A DNA stretch of 64,000 bases, taken from the human T2T-CHM13v2.0 reference genome, Homo sapiens. Position 1 is the stretch's first letter; each line of letters opens with the position of its first letter. Below are positions 43,230 through 58,535 of the stretch, one piece after another. Where the stretch lies: the NCBI RefSeq assembly GCF_009914755.1, contig NC_060929.1; one strand, written 5' to 3'. The notes beneath the pieces were generated by a model. It had not been told where the DNA came from. It searched no databases and saw nothing but the letters and a program-made list of their open reading frames with translations. The position numbers were made by a program, and so were the translations under genes.

Positions 43230-43545
43230 GGCCAGGCGCAATGGCTCACACCTATAATCCCAGCACTTTGGGAAACTGTGACGGGTGGATCAATAGAGCT
43301 CAGGAGTTTGAGACTAGCCTGGGAAACATGGCAAAACCCCTGCTCTACAAAAAAATACAATAATAACAGTTATAATAATCTGGGTGTGGTGGTCTGCACC
43401 TGTAAGTCCCAGCTATGTGGAAGGCTGAAGTGGGAGAATCCAGGCCCAGGAGGTTTAGGATGCAGTGAGCCGTATTCCTGACACTGCACTCCAGCCTAGG
43501 TGTCAGAGTGAGGCCCTGTCTCAAAACATAAAAAATAAAAAAATA
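43230..43545 (+). mobile_element. AluJ
   Basis: GAGCTCAGGAGTTTGAGACTAGCCTGGGAAACATGGCAAAACCC...GAGTGAGGCCCTGTCTC; highly diverged. Confidence 0.92.
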
Positions 43546-43659
43546 AGGATTACATGAAATAGGATACTGTTATTATTAAATGTAACACAAAATAAATCCC
43601 GATGAGATTATAATATGCTGATATTGATAATAACAATTATAATACCAGCAAAATTATAT

Positions 43660-44260
43660 TTATTAAATATTTAAAATGTGCCTGTCACTATACTAAGTGA
43701 TTTGCATGTTGTATCCCATTTATTCTCATAGCAATCTTGTCATATAAGTAATATTATCTCAATTTTTTCAGAAAATAAAGCCAAACTAAGGTTTAGTGAG
43801 GTGTTTTGGGCTGAATTGTGTCACCCCAAAATTCAGAACCTCAGAATATAATGGTATTTAGAGATAAGGTCTTTCAAGAAATGATTATGTCAAAATGAGT
43901 CTGTTAGGGTAGGGTCTTAACCCATATGACTGGTGTCCTTATAAAAACAGGAGGAGACACCAGGGATGACACACACAGAGGAAAAGCCACGTGTGGACAC
44001 AGTAAGAAGGCAGCCATCTGAAAACCAACAAGAAAGATCTTATGGGAAACCAGCCCTGCCTGCACCTTGATCTTGGATTTCTAATCTCCATAAATATGAG
44101 AAAAATATTTCTATCAAGTCACAGATCTGTGGCATTTTGTTATGGTAGTCATATGGCAGTTATATTATTATCTTTAACTATAATAAGATAGAGGTAAAGA
44201 TAACTTACGTGAAGTAACAAAAATAGTAAGTGACAGAGACAGCATTTACATCAGGAGTGT
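43660..44260 (-). mobile_element. MIR, split by an MLT1 insertion
   Basis: CTAAGTGATTTGCATG...ATTTATTCTCATAGCAATC...AAACTAAGGTTTAGTGAGG [MLT1] GAGGTAAAGATAACTTACGTGAAGTAACA...AGTAAGTGACAGAG. Confidence 0.65.
43802..44190 (+). mobile_element. MLT1A/B-like LTR
   Basis: TGTTTTGGGCTGAATTGTGTC...ATATGACTGGTGTCCTTATAAAAA...CAGCCCTGCCTGCACCTTGATCTTGGA. Confidence 0.85.
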
Positions 44261-45029
44261 TTAACATTAGTTTACACTTGTATCCCAAGCACACATTGCA
44301 GTTTGGATATTTCTTTGTGGTTGCAACCTTTTTTGCTTAGCCTTTTTGTTGCTTCTGTAACAGTTATTGTTCAACGATAAAATTGCCATAAGCCTATTTC
44401 ACCATATTAGAATTTAGATCACAAATTCATTCCCAAACATCTGTTGAGAACACATTGGATGTCTGAATTAAAATGACTTAAGAAACACAGTTTTATGGTA
44501 TGTGATCATCTGACTTAGTCTTCCAAACGGTTAAAAATTCCTTTAAAAAATGGGAACTGTGCAGCTCATAAATCAACACAACATAGGTGAGGAATTTCCA
44601 AAGGTGATTAAATTTTTATGCACATTTATATAATTTAGCACATTAGTATTCCTATGTCTGGGTAAAACTCTCCTGTGGGCTTTAAACTGCTTAGTTGGTA
44701 TCATCAAATTAAAGATGACCAAATTAGTACATATTAGCAGTTAGATTCTTATATTTAAGGTCAATGTCTTATTTCCTGTATAATGTTAACAAACTTACAA
44801 TAATTTGTAAGTCTTTGCTTGCATAAAATGCCACTCATAGTAAAGAATATTCTATAGCTTAAATGATAATGAGAAATATTTTGGATTTATATTCCAATTT
44901 TATATTACCAAAGGCTAGATGGTATAGATTCCAGTTATGTCATCTATACATGGTGCATCATTATTAACTTAAAGTAGAGCTAAAGCAAAACAACAGTAAC
45001 AGAGGCACTATTTATAACAGTGAAAACAT

Positions 45030-45334
<305 letters not shown>

Positions 45335-45931
45335 AACAGTGAAAACATAACCTTCCCTTCATTACTGAAGATCTATCAAAACCAATTGTATATAATGCAA
45401 GCATCTATAGCAAAAGTTTACTTTTGTTTAGACATATCTAAACCAGTCTAATAAAAGTAGCAATGTTTTGTGATGGAGACAGATCACAAATTTAGATATT
45501 AGAAATTGTTGAGACTATTGGATAATTAATTAATTTAGGGACCCTAGCTATCTTATACATAAATTTTAATATGTATTATGATTTATCAGTCATTTAAAAA
45601 TGTCTACTTTTTCAACTCAAGATAATTTGTGAGCAGCATCAGAAAGGAGGAAACTTCTTTGTCCTCTTCCTTTATAATAATTCCTTCCATTTGGTTTTCT
45701 ACCTGTATTTACAAAACATTTATAAATCATCCATTGCTTCTTAATGGCTTACAGAAGCAATGATGAAACTGTGACAGGATAAAATTAACAAGATTTTCTC
45801 ATAATATAAAACTAAGCTCCATTGTGTGCTAGATGGTTTTTGTCTCAACGTTGTGATTTAACATAAATTTTAAACACAGAACACTATTTCAAGAATTCTT
45901 CTCTCATTCTGTAAACAAATTTGAAGAGGAA

Positions 45932-48149
45932 TGTATTAGTCCGTTCTCATGCTGCTAATAAAGACATACCTGAGACTGAGTAATTTATTAAAAAAAAAGA
46001 TGTAATGGACTTATAGTTCCCCATGGCTGGGAAGGCCTTACAATTATGGCAGAAGGTGAAGGAGGAGCAGAGGCATGTCTTACATGGCTGCAGGCAAGAG
46101 AGTGTTGGCGGGGGAAACTGCCCTTTATAAAACCATCAGATCTCATGAGACTTACTCATTTTTATGAGAACAGCATGGGAAAACCTGCCCCCATGATTCA
46201 ATTACATCCCACCAGGTCCCTTCTATGATACAAGGGGATTATGGCAGCTACAATCAAGATGACATTTGGGTGATGTCACAGCCAAACCATACCATTGTCC
46301 TTACATTTCAAAACACAATCATGCCTTCTCAACAGTCCCCGAAAGTCTCAACTCATTCCAGCATTAACTCAAAATTCCCAGTCCAAAATCTCATCTGAGA
46401 CAAGGCAAGTCCCTTCTGCCTGTAAAATCAAAAGCAAGTTAGTTACTTCCTAGATACAATGGGGGTACAAGCACTGGGTAAATATACACATTTCAAATTG
46501 GAGAAATCAGTCAAAACCAAAGGGGCTATAGGCCCAATGCAAGTCTGAAATCCAATAGGGCAGTCACTAAACCTTAAACTTCCAAAACGATCCCCTTTGA
46601 CTCCATGTCTCACATTCAGGTCATGCTGATGCAAGAGGTAGTTTCCTATAGTCTTGAGCAGCTCTGCCTTTGTGGCTTTGCATGGTACAGGACCCCTCCT
46701 GGTTGCCTTCACGGGCTGGCGTTGTGTCTGCAGCACTTCCTGGCACATGGTGCAAGCTGCTGTTGGATCTACCATTCTGGGGTCTGGAATATGGTGGCCT
46801 TCTTCTTACTGCTCCACCAGGCAGTGCCCCAGCGGGGATCCAACCTCACATTTCCCTTCCACACTGCCCTAGCAGAGGTTCTCCATGAGGGCTCTGCCCC
46901 TGTAGCAGACTTCTGCCTGGGCATCCAGGTGTTCCCATACATCTTCTGAAATCTAGGCAGAGGTTCTCAAACCTCAATTCTTGACTTCTGTCCATCTACA
47001 GGCTCAACACCACGTGGAAGCTGCCAAGGCATGGGGCTTGCACCCTCTGAAACAATGGCCTGAGCTGTATGTTGCCCACTTTTTGTCATGGCTGGAGCAT
47101 GTAGGTCACAGGACACCAAGTCCCAAGACTGCATACATCAGGGAACCCCTGAACCTGGCCCAGGAAACTATTTTTCCCTCTTAGACCTCTGGACCTGTGA
47201 TGGAAGGGGCTGCCTCAAATGTCTCTGACATGCTCTGGAGACATTTTCTCCATGGTCTTGGTGATTAACATTTGGCTCCTCATTCATTATGCAAATTTCT
47301 GCAGCCAGCTTGAATTTCTCCTCAAAAAATGTGGTTTTCTTTTCTCTCATATCATCAGGCCATAGAGTTTTCAAAGTTTTATGCTCTGCTTCTTGTTGAA
47401 TGCTTTGCCAATTAGAAATTTCTTCCAGCAGATACTAAATCATCTCTCTCAAGTTCAAAGTTCCACAGATCTCTAGGGCAGGGGCAAAATGCCACCAGTC
47501 TCTTTGCATAGCAAAAGTGACCTTTACTCCAGTTTCCAACAAGTTCCTCATCTCCATCTGAGACCACTTCAGCCTGGACTTTATTGTCCATATCACTATC
47601 AGCCTTTTGGTCAAAGCCATTAAACGAGTCTCTAGGAAGTTCCAAACTTTCCCACATTTTTCTACCTTCTTTGGAGCCCTCCAAATGGTTCCAGCCTCCA
47701 CCTGTTACCCAGTTCCAAAGTCACTTCCATATTCTTGAGTATCTTTACAGCAGTGCTGCATTCTCTGTGCAACCAATTGACTATATTAGTCTATTCTCAT
47801 GCTTTTAATAAAGACATACCTGAGACTGGGTGATTTATTGGAAAAAAAAAAAGGTTTAATGGACTCACAGTTCCACATAGCTAGAGAGGCCTCACAATCA
47901 TGGTGGAAGGTGAAGGAAGAGCAAAGACATGTCTTACGTAGCAGAAGGCAAGAGAGCGTGTGCAGGGAAACTGCCCTTTATAAAACCCATCAGTTCTCAT
48001 GAGATTTATTCACTATCATGAGAAAAGCATGGAAAAATCCCACCCATGATTCAATTACCTCCCATCAGATCTCTCCCATGACACATGGGGATTATGGATA
48101 GCTACAATTCAAGATGAGATTTGGGTAGGGTCACAGTCAAACCTTATCA
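45932..48149 (-). mobile_element. Near-complete THE1C MaLR provirus (3' LTR 45932-46294, internal region, 5' LTR 47782-48149)
   Basis: Two homologous LTRs. Internal ORF remnant (WESLELPRD...DNKVQAEVVSDGDEELVGNWSKGHFCYAKRLVAFCPCPRDLWNFELERDDL). 5-bp TSD AGGAA at 45927-45931 and 48150-48154. Confidence 0.96.
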
Positions 48150-48444
48150 AGGAATTGAATACAAAGAGATAATATACTAGTTATCATACTTTTGTGTGTT
48201 TACATAGGCAATATGAATATTTTCTGTTTATCTTTTGCATTTAGGTGCTTATCTTTGATTTTTTTTACCAGTTTCTTAAAATTACATAAGTAATCCACAA
48301 AAATCATCTCCAGTTCATAAAAAAGATTCAAATTGGTTGACATAGAAATGTGTGTTTTCAAAGGCCAGTTCACCTTCTTTTTTTCGTCTGTAACACTCTC
48401 TTATCCCTAAATAAATTATATTGTAAGTTGTTGGTATACCTACA

Positions 48445-48630
48445 TGGATCTCAAATGTGGACAATTTTTACCCCAGAATAATATTTGGCAATGTATAGAG
48501 ACATTTTTGATTGCCTTATCTAAATAGAGGGAGTGAAGAAAACCTCTAGTGTGTATTAGCCAGAGATAATGCTCAATCATTCAGTCCTCAGGACAGCCCC
48601 ATCACAAAGAATTATTAGTCCATATGCTGG
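48445..48630. mobile_element. MER20-like hAT DNA transposon
   Basis: ATTTGGCAATGTATAGAGACATTTTTGATTG...CAGGACAGCCCCATCACAAAGAATTAT. Confidence 0.7.
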
Positions 48631-49612
48631 TATATATCATGCCAGTCTTTCTCTGGATCAACTGCATTTACACATATGCACATGGATGTTTTGTTGACTG
48701 TAGTATGTCAAAATTTAAAGACATATCAGGCACACAGTAGATAAAACTCTTCAAGCTATATCCATATGAATGAAGGTCAATCATTCATATTGATAGAATT
48801 AATAAATTTGTTGACTAATAAAGCTCTTTAAATACATGTTATTTTAGATAAAAATTAAGAGCTTCTCAATTTTGTAAAATAGTCATCTTAGTGTTTTAGT
48901 TTTTGAATTATTAAAAAAAACACTGTTGAATTTTTTTTTAATAATAAAGCTCAGCTTTGCTACTACTTCTGGACTAGTCTATTTGCCAATTCTGAGATTT
49001 CTCAAATTTATGAGTCACATTAGATAATGTCTGCTCTTTCAATTGTTCTAATTTGTTTTATTATCTGATCCAAATGCCTGAATCTCAATGGATTTATCAT
49101 TAACTCTTTCTAACTCAGAAACTCTTGTGAGAGAGATGACAGACATATCACAAGATTATTGTGCTGCACTGAACAAGGGCATGATACATGGTAAATAAAT
49201 GAATGAAAAGAGAAGGAGAAGAGAGCTATTTTGGGGTCTCATTTATACTCCACTTATATCATCTTTGATTTCTAATAATAAACTGATGAAACATATTTTA
49301 AGTAATTTATAAATGTAAAATTCGTTTTTTATTTTACAATTTTAGCTACAGCACAGTAACTGTTATAATAGTTAAAACTTTTTTTCACATTAGAACCTTA
49401 CTTTTTTAACAGTGAAAAGAATTATAATTATGTCTTTACATTTCTATCAGTATTTCATTGCAATATGTCCTGAATTTGACAGATGAACAATTATCTCTTT
49501 TTTTATTAATGGACTTTGCAGGAAACAAATTAAGGCCATTTGAGTAATTACAATAACTTGATACATTTCTAATTTGCTATAGAATGTAACTCATGACTTG
49601 TATCTGAAAAAA

Positions 49613-49746
49613 AAGGAAGGAAGATAGAGAGACAAAAGATAGGAAGGGAGGGAAGAAGGAAACAAGGAAGGGAGGAAGGAAGGAAGGGAGGGAGGGAGGA
49701 AAGAAGGAAGGAAGGAAAGAGAAGAAGGAAGGAGGGAGGGAGGGAA
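49613..49746. repeat. Purine-rich (GGAA)n/(GGGA)n simple repeat
   Basis: Read directly. Confidence 0.93.
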
Positions 49747-49784
49747 ATAATCTAATGAGAAATGGGAAACAATAGTATCATTAA

Positions 49785-50063
49785 TTTTTTTAAATTATAC
49801 TTTATCTGGTACATGTGTAGAACGTGCGGGCTTGTTACATAGGTAAACACGTACCATGGTGGTTTGCTGCACCCATCAACCCGTCATCTACATTAGGTAT
49901 TTCTCCTAATGCTATCACTCCCCCAGTCCCCCACCCCCCAACAGGCCCCGGTGTCTGATGCCTGCCTCCCCGTGTCCATGTGTTCTCATTGTTCAGCTCC
50001 CATTTATGAGTGAGAACATGCGGTGTTTGGTTTTCTGTTCTTGTGTTAGTTTGCTGAAAATGA
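49785..50063 (-). mobile_element. 5'-truncated L1PA7/8-like 3' end
   Basis: ATTATACTTTA...GGTTTGCTGCACCCATCAACCCGTCATCTACATTAGGTATTTCTCCTAATGCTATC...GAGTGAGAACATGCGGTGTTTGG. Confidence 0.93.
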
Positions 50064-53000
50064 CTGGTAATGTTTAATAAGATGGGAGAGATGGATGTTA
50101 CCTATTAAGATGCATATTGTTTTCCTCAAGGAATATTACCTTTTGAGCATTTTGCACTGTGGTCCAAAAATGGCTCAAATTCATCTGTTTCTTGCTGAAT
50201 CCCAGCTTTGCATGTGTGTCACTAAATCCACAAGGCAGCGATTCAGTGCTAATGAACTCTTCTGGTGGTTACTAACTGCTCTATAAGCATTGTAGGTAGA
50301 CCATAAATAAAATTTTACCAGTCAGTTATGAAAGGAGAAAAATGAGAACAAAATAGGGAGTTTTCAATGAAGCTAATGTTAAAAGGAGTGATCTTTATCT
50401 GCTCATATACATTTGCAGTTTTACAATATTAAAATAGCTGTGTATCATTGATATTTTATTATTTTGCTGTCCTTACTTTTCAAAACAATATATTGTAAAC
50501 CTGTACTAGTTCTTACAAGTCTCTTGAAAAATTACGGTTTGTGATACTGTATTTAATAGTCTATCAGGCCATGGTTTGCATTAATAAAATATGCCGGGGA
50601 CCCAGGGACACTACACTGCACCTCCTTTTTGTCTCAATTACATACCATGGTTAAGTCTTATTGCATTTTTATAAGTTTATTTAACAATTTAAGTTCGAAA
50701 GATATTACACAATTTCATAGTGCTCAATTTTAATACATTTCAAATGAAAGCAAAAAGGAAAAAATGAATCCCATTAGAATTTTATTCTGTTCATATATGC
50801 ATACTCACAATATAATTAATATTCTGAGCATTATTCATTAACTAGGTGGCCAGTATATTATGGATTCAGATTTCATTTAAACTTTGAGGAGAAAAGAAAG
50901 TAACTTTATAAATAATAGCATTAAATAATGTTCATAGGAAATATAACTTTATTGAAGTATTCATAAAATATAAATTGGACCTCTCTAAGACGTTTATTTC
51001 CTGTATAACTCTTACTACACTAATTTCTTACTTTCCTGTTGATTTTTTAAGCTATAGTTAAAATACATAGGGAAGGGCTTCAAGATGGCTGACTAAAGGC
51101 ACCTAGCACTCGCCTCCTCTGGAAAAAAGGACCAAAACAGTGAGTAGATAATAATAAGTCAAATAGTAGATAATAACAAGTCAAATAGAGAGTATAACAC
51201 AGAACAGTAAAATTCAGCAGGGAAGTGTCAGGGAACCTCTTAGGCAGAGAAGTAAAAGGAAGTGAAGCATCCTCCCAGGCTGGGACCAGCTGTGAACCAG
51301 GAGAAACCTTCCAGTGCAGAAAATATGTAAGTGACAGATCCCAGTAGTTCACATTCCCACTGCAGACTACTGTGGTACTAGCCACAGAGATAGCCTCAGC
51401 CATCATGGTCTCTGGGACCAGGTTAGGGAACTGCCACACTCCCTAGGGAGAGTCCACACAATAACATGGTTCGAGAGAATGAATTTGTACTGGGCCCCGC
51501 ACACTTCCCTGAGACACAAACGACTGCAGCCTGGTGCCATTTAGAGAGCCCAGCCCCAACCAGACTACATCCTGCCCTGGGACCCAAAGGGCCCCTGTGT
51601 CTCCACATCCCTGGATCCTCATTGACATCTCCGTATGTCTACCCAGAAAACTGTAGCATCACTGCACTGGGTGGACCAGCGGTGCAGATGAATCTCCAGC
51701 AGTCTAGCCCATGCAGTTTCGTATAGCCAAGGGAATTTGTGGTGAAACTCAGTAAGAAGACTGTCCCTGGGACAAAGGGAGCTGAAGCACATGCCTCCCA
51801 GAGCCTGAGGGCAGTGTGCACAGGAATACTGCCCCTGACAGCAACCCTGCCCCCTCCCAGCAGTAGGGCTGCCACATATCTGTACAAGCTTTCAGGGGGC
51901 CTAGGGACCTGAAGCTCAGGTACTTTCCGTGGACCTAAGAGCAGACCTGTCCCACCCACCATTGCTCCCACTGAATCTCACCATCTGGGGGCCTGGAAAT
52001 CAATACCTCTTGCCAGCCACAGCTGGTGCTTGCCTGCATCATCAGTGAGCCTGAGGACAGGCCCCCTCTGACCAGTGCTGTCCCTACCAGTGCCCACAAG
52101 TGTCGTCTAGGAGCCAGGAGATTGACTTACCCCACGTACCACAGACTGTACCAACATATACCATTGGTGGCCTAAGGCCCAGGCCTTTTCACCACTGCGG
52201 ATGTGAGGCCTAGATATCAGCCTTCCCTGCCTATCACTGCTGATGCACAAAGGTGCACCATCAGGAGACCTGGAAACAGATCCAGCCTGCCCGCTGTCAG
52301 CACCTGAGAACACTGGTAAGGGACAAGAGAATTTACATGTCCTGCCTACCACCACTTGCATCCTGATAAACTATCATGGGGATGCAGAAAAAGACCACTC
52401 CTTTTGATACCTTTCTTGCCAGTGCCTGTGTGCATTATCTGGGAGCTTGGGGTTGCTCTGACTCCCCCGACTTCCATTAGTTCCCATGCATGCCTTCTGG
52501 AGGCCAGTGGATTGCTCCACCCAGTCTGCTCATGCCTACACACACGAGCCACGGGGCTGGGGATTGACAAAAACATCTTCCACAGTCTGTGTGCACGGTA
52601 AGGGGCCTGAGGACAGGCCCAGCTCACCTGGTGCCACCCCTGCCAGTACCGGCATGTGTCTTCTATGGTCCTAGAGGTCGACCTGTCCACCACCACTGTC
52701 ATCTGTGCACCCCTAACGAGAGCCTGGGGATGGACCCGCCAAGCTTGCTGCCACCACTGCTGCTGGCATGTTTCCCAACAAGCACTACCTGGAAGCCTGA
52801 GGATTGGCACACCACTGTTATTTTGATCACAGATGCTGTATAAGCTGCCTAGAGCTTGTCCAGTCTACTGGTGCCTAGAGGATCTCTCCAGCCTACTGGT
52901 GCCAATGCAAACGCTTAAGAAAGCCACCTGGAGGCCCTCAAAATGGTCTATCTCTAGCTGCTACCACCAGTACCCATGTATACTGCATACACAAGGGCTA

Positions 53001-55428
53001 ACATGCTCAGCCCACTGCTGCCACCACTGGGGCCTGAGGACTGGCCCAGCTTGTGTTGCCATCCTTAGCAATGTTCCACCACAGTCTCCACTAACAACTG
53101 CAGCTGAAGCCGCTGAATAACTCACAGGAACCACTGATAGTGATTACAGTTAAAGAAATCATACAGAGACTGCACTACTGCATGCACTGAAAATCAAAGC
53201 CAAAGCATCGTATTCAATCAACGTAATAGATACATCTGTAGAAAGTCTTTCCCTATGAAAGCCATTCCATAAATTGGAACAAGCAACTGTTACATCGATG
53301 CAGATTTCAATGTAAGGACACAAGAAATAAGAAAAAGCAAGGAGACATGACACCTCCAAAGGAAAAAAAGAGTATCTATCTATTCAGCAACAGATTTCAA
53401 CAAAAAGGAAGTCTATGAAATCCTTAAATAATAATTCAGAATAATAACATTAAAATAACTCAGTGAGATACAAGAGCACACAGATAAAAAATACAAAGAA
53501 ATCAGAAAAAATTCATAATCTGAATAGGAAATTAAACAAATAGATGTATATCATATAAAAGCAAACAGATATTCTGAACTTGAACAATTACATAAATAAA
53601 CAAAAATACAAAAAGAGCTTCAATAAGACTAAATCAAGCAGAAGAAAAATTGTTGAACTTGAAAACAGGTATTTTGAAATAATCTAGTCAGATCAAAAAA
53701 AAAAAAGAATAAAAAATAATGAAGAAAGCCTACAGGACATATGAGACTCCACAGAGAGAACAAGTGTTTGAGTTTGGGCATTCCAGAGAAAGAAGAAACA
53801 AAGTCATAGAAACCTACTTAATGAAATAATAGCCAAAAACTTCCCAAGTCTTGCAAGAAATAAAAGCATCCAAATGCAGAAATTTCAAATAATTCCCAAA
53901 TAGAATCAACCCAAAAATGTCTTATCCAATACACATTATAGTCAAACCATCAAAAGTCAAAACAGAATTTTAAAAACAGGAACAGAAAAGCACTAAGTCA
54001 CATTTAAGTGAACCCCCATCAGACTTACAGGGTTTTTCTAACAGAAACCTTACAAGCCAGCAAAGAATGGGATGATACACTCAAAGTCCTGAAAGGAAAA
54101 AAAAATCAGCCAAGAAGCAAAGAACACTATATTAGAAAGCTATTCTTTAAAAATGAAGAAAAACTCCTTTCCAGACAAGCACAAACTGAGAGAATTTGTC
54201 ACAAGACTGATCCTACAAGAAGGGAGTCTTGGTCCTTCGTAAGTGAATTCTACATCTAGATGTGAGGGCCAGTATTTGCCATCATGAAATCACATGAAGT
54301 ATAATACTCACTTACAGAGCACACACACAGATACAGAAATTTAAGAAAAAAATGGGCTTAAATATTACTATTACAGAAAACCATCAAATTGCAATAAAAA
54401 ACAAAGTGAAAGAAAGGAACAAAAGATACACAAAATAATCAGAGAATAATTAACAAATTGACAGGAATAACTTTTTACATATCAATAATAAGCTGGAATG
54501 TAAATGGATTCAGTTACCCCCTAAAAAGATATAGATTGTCTGAATGGATTAAGAAAAACATGACCCAACCATATGCTGTCCAGAAGAAACTCATCTCATC
54601 TATGAAGACAAATAAAATGAAAGTGAAAGGACGGAAAAAGATATTCCATGCAAATGAAAACCAAAATTTAGCAGGAGTAGCTATATTTATACCAATAAAA
54701 ATGACTTTAGGTCAGAAAGAGTTAAAAGAGATGAAAAAGGTCATTATATAATAATAGAGGTATCAATTCAGCAAGACTATAACAATTGTAAATGTGTAGG
54801 CACCCAACACTACAACATCCAGATAGATACAACAAATATTATTAAATCTAAAGGCAGAGATAGACTCCAATACAATAATAGTTGAGGACTTCAACACTCC
54901 ACTCACATAATGTGTCAAATGCTGTGGGTGGAGTGTTGGAGTTTGAACTGAATTTTAGACTAAGTGAACCTAACATTTACAGAATATTTTATCCAACAGT
55001 CACAGAATACACATTCTTCTCAGGAGCATATGCAGCATTCTAGCAGGGTAACTCATATGTTAGGCTACAAAACAAGTCTCAACAAATTTTAAAAAATCAA
55101 ATTTTTTTCAAATATTTTCTCAGACTACAGTGCAACAAAACTAGATATCAATAGTAAGAGGAACTTTGAAAGCAATACAAATACATAGAAATTAACCAAC
55201 AGGATCCTGAATGACCACTGGGTCAATGATGAAATTAAAAAGAAAATAATTCCAGAAACAAATAGAGAAAAAACACAACATATATACCTCTGGGATCCAA
55301 CAAAACTAGTGCTAAGAGGGAAGTTTATAATAATGAATGCCTACATAAAAAATACAAATATGTCAAATAGACAATCTAACAATGCACCTCAAGGAATTAA
55401 GAAAGCAAGGAATTAGAAAACCAAATCC

Positions 55429-55777
<349 letters not shown>

Positions 55778-55812
55778 CTATACAAAATGGAGACTAAACA
55801 CCAACAAAAATA

Positions 55813-56039
55813 CACTGCAACCTCTGTCTCCTTGGTTCAAGCAATTCTCCTGCCTCAGCCTCTTGAGTAGCTGGGATTACAGGCGCCACCACCACGCATG
55901 GCTAATTTTTATATTTTTAGTAGGGATGGGTTTTCACCATGTTGGCCAGGCTGTTCTCAAAACTCCTGACCTCAGGTGATCCGCCTGCCTCGGCCTCCCA
56001 AAGTGCTGGGATTACAGGCATGAGCCACGGTGCCCAGCC
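55813..56039 (-). mobile_element. AluS lacking its 3' end and tail
   Basis: Starts CACTGCAACCTC with no poly-T or GAGAC end; ends TGAGCCACGGTGCCCAGCC. Confidence 0.94.
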
Positions 56040-57904
56040 CAAAAATGAATAGTGTTTCTGTACATCAATAATAAACTAACTGAAAAATAAAGAAGACAGA
56101 CCTGTTTACAGTAGCTACAGAAAATAAAATATCTAGAAGTACATTTAACCGAGTTAGTGAAATTTTTATGCAAGGATAATGATGAAACATGAATGAAAGA
56201 AATTAAAGAGGACACAAACTGAAAGATATCTAATACTCATGGGTTGAAAGAATTAGCATTGTTAAAATGACTGTAATACCGAAAGCAATCTACAGATTCA
56301 ATGCAATCCCTATCAAAATACCAATAATTATTTTTTTTCACAGAAACAGGAAAGCAGTCCCAAAATTTGTATGAAACCACAAAAGACCCTAAATAGCCAA
56401 AACAATCCTGAGTTAGAAGAATAAAGCTGGAGGCACCACAACACCTGACTTCAAACTATTCTACAAAGCTGTAATAACCAAATCAGCATAATATTAGTAT
56501 AAAAACAGACATATAGACCATATAGACCAATAAAACAGAATAGAGAATCCAGAAATAAATTTATATATTTACAGCCAATTGATTCTCAGAAAAGGCACCA
56601 AGAACATGCACTGAGGAAAGGATGCCCTCTTTAATAAATCGTACTGGGAATACGTGATGTCCATATGCAGAACCATGGAACTATTCACCTATCTCTCATC
56701 ATATACAAAAATCAACTCAAAAGAGATTAAAGACTTACATGTAACATCTGAAACTATAAAACTACTAGAAGTAAACACAGGGAGAAACTTTCAGGGCATA
56801 GATCTAGGCAAAGATTTTATGGCTAAGATTTCAAAATCATAGGCAAAAAAAAAAAATAGACAAATGTAACTTTATAAAACTAAAAGTCTTCTGCGAAGAA
56901 AAGGAAATCAACAGAGTGAAGTGACAACCTGTAGAATGGGAGAAAATATTTGCAAACTATATGACAAGAAATGAATAACCAAAATAATTAACTCAACTAA
57001 ACAGCAATATCATGACAATAAATAATATAATAATAATAATTCCATTAAATAGTGGCTAAAAGGTCTGAGTAGACATGCAAATGGCCAACAGGTATATGAA
57101 AAAAACAGTGAACATCACTAACCATCAGAAAATGCAATTCAGGACCACAAAAAGTTATCATCTTACCCCAGCTAGAACGGCTATTATCAAAAACAAAACA
57201 AAAAAACAAAACAAAACAAAACAAAAAAAGAATCCCAGAAAGGATGCAGAGAAAAGGGAACTCTTATACATTGTTATTGGGAATATAAATTAATATAAAT
57301 TATTACAGCCTTTATGGAAAACAGTATGGATGTTTCTCAAATAACTGAAAATAGAATGACTACACGATCTGGCAATACCACGACTGGGTATTTATTCAAA
57401 GGAAAGGAAATCAGCACATAAAAGGGGTACATGCACCCTCATGTTTATTACAGCACTGTAGCTGAAGTGTAGAATAAACATGTGTCCATCAATGAATGAA
57501 TGCATAAAGAAAATGTTATATGTATACATATGTGTCTGTATGCCTATACCCACAAATATATACAATGTATTTTATATATACAATGTATTTTTTAATCCAG
57601 CAATAAAATATGGTAAAATACTATCATTGGAAGCAATATGTATGGAACTAGAGGTTATTATGCTAACTGAAATAAACCAGGCACAGAAAGACAAATGTTG
57701 CATGTTCTCACTAATAGGTGAAAGCCGAAACATTTGATCTCATGGGAACAGAGTGTAAAATGTTGGTTACCAGAGGCTGGGGAGGGTGAGAATGAAGAGT
57801 TGTTTAATTGGTACAGACATGCAGAAGAAATAAGTGCTGGTGTTCAATAGTACAGTAAGATAACTCTAGTTAACATATTATATTGTATATTTTAAAATAG
57901 CTGA

Positions 57905-58535
<631 letters not shown>

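Noticed and set aside
46443-47808. Multiple ORFs of 70-114 aa
   Set aside because: Fragments of the degenerate THE1 internal region.
51143-51186. Short tandem duplications (22 bp here; also ~57557-57592, ~58655-58700, 16591-16632)
   Set aside because: Ordinary slippage duplications with no further structure.
51080-53120. Cluster of 60-154-aa ORFs in a GC-rich block, resembling a gene or CpG island
   Set aside because: It is the GC-rich, internally repetitive 5' UTR of the old L1MA. It is CpG-depleted and shows no protein similarity I recognise.
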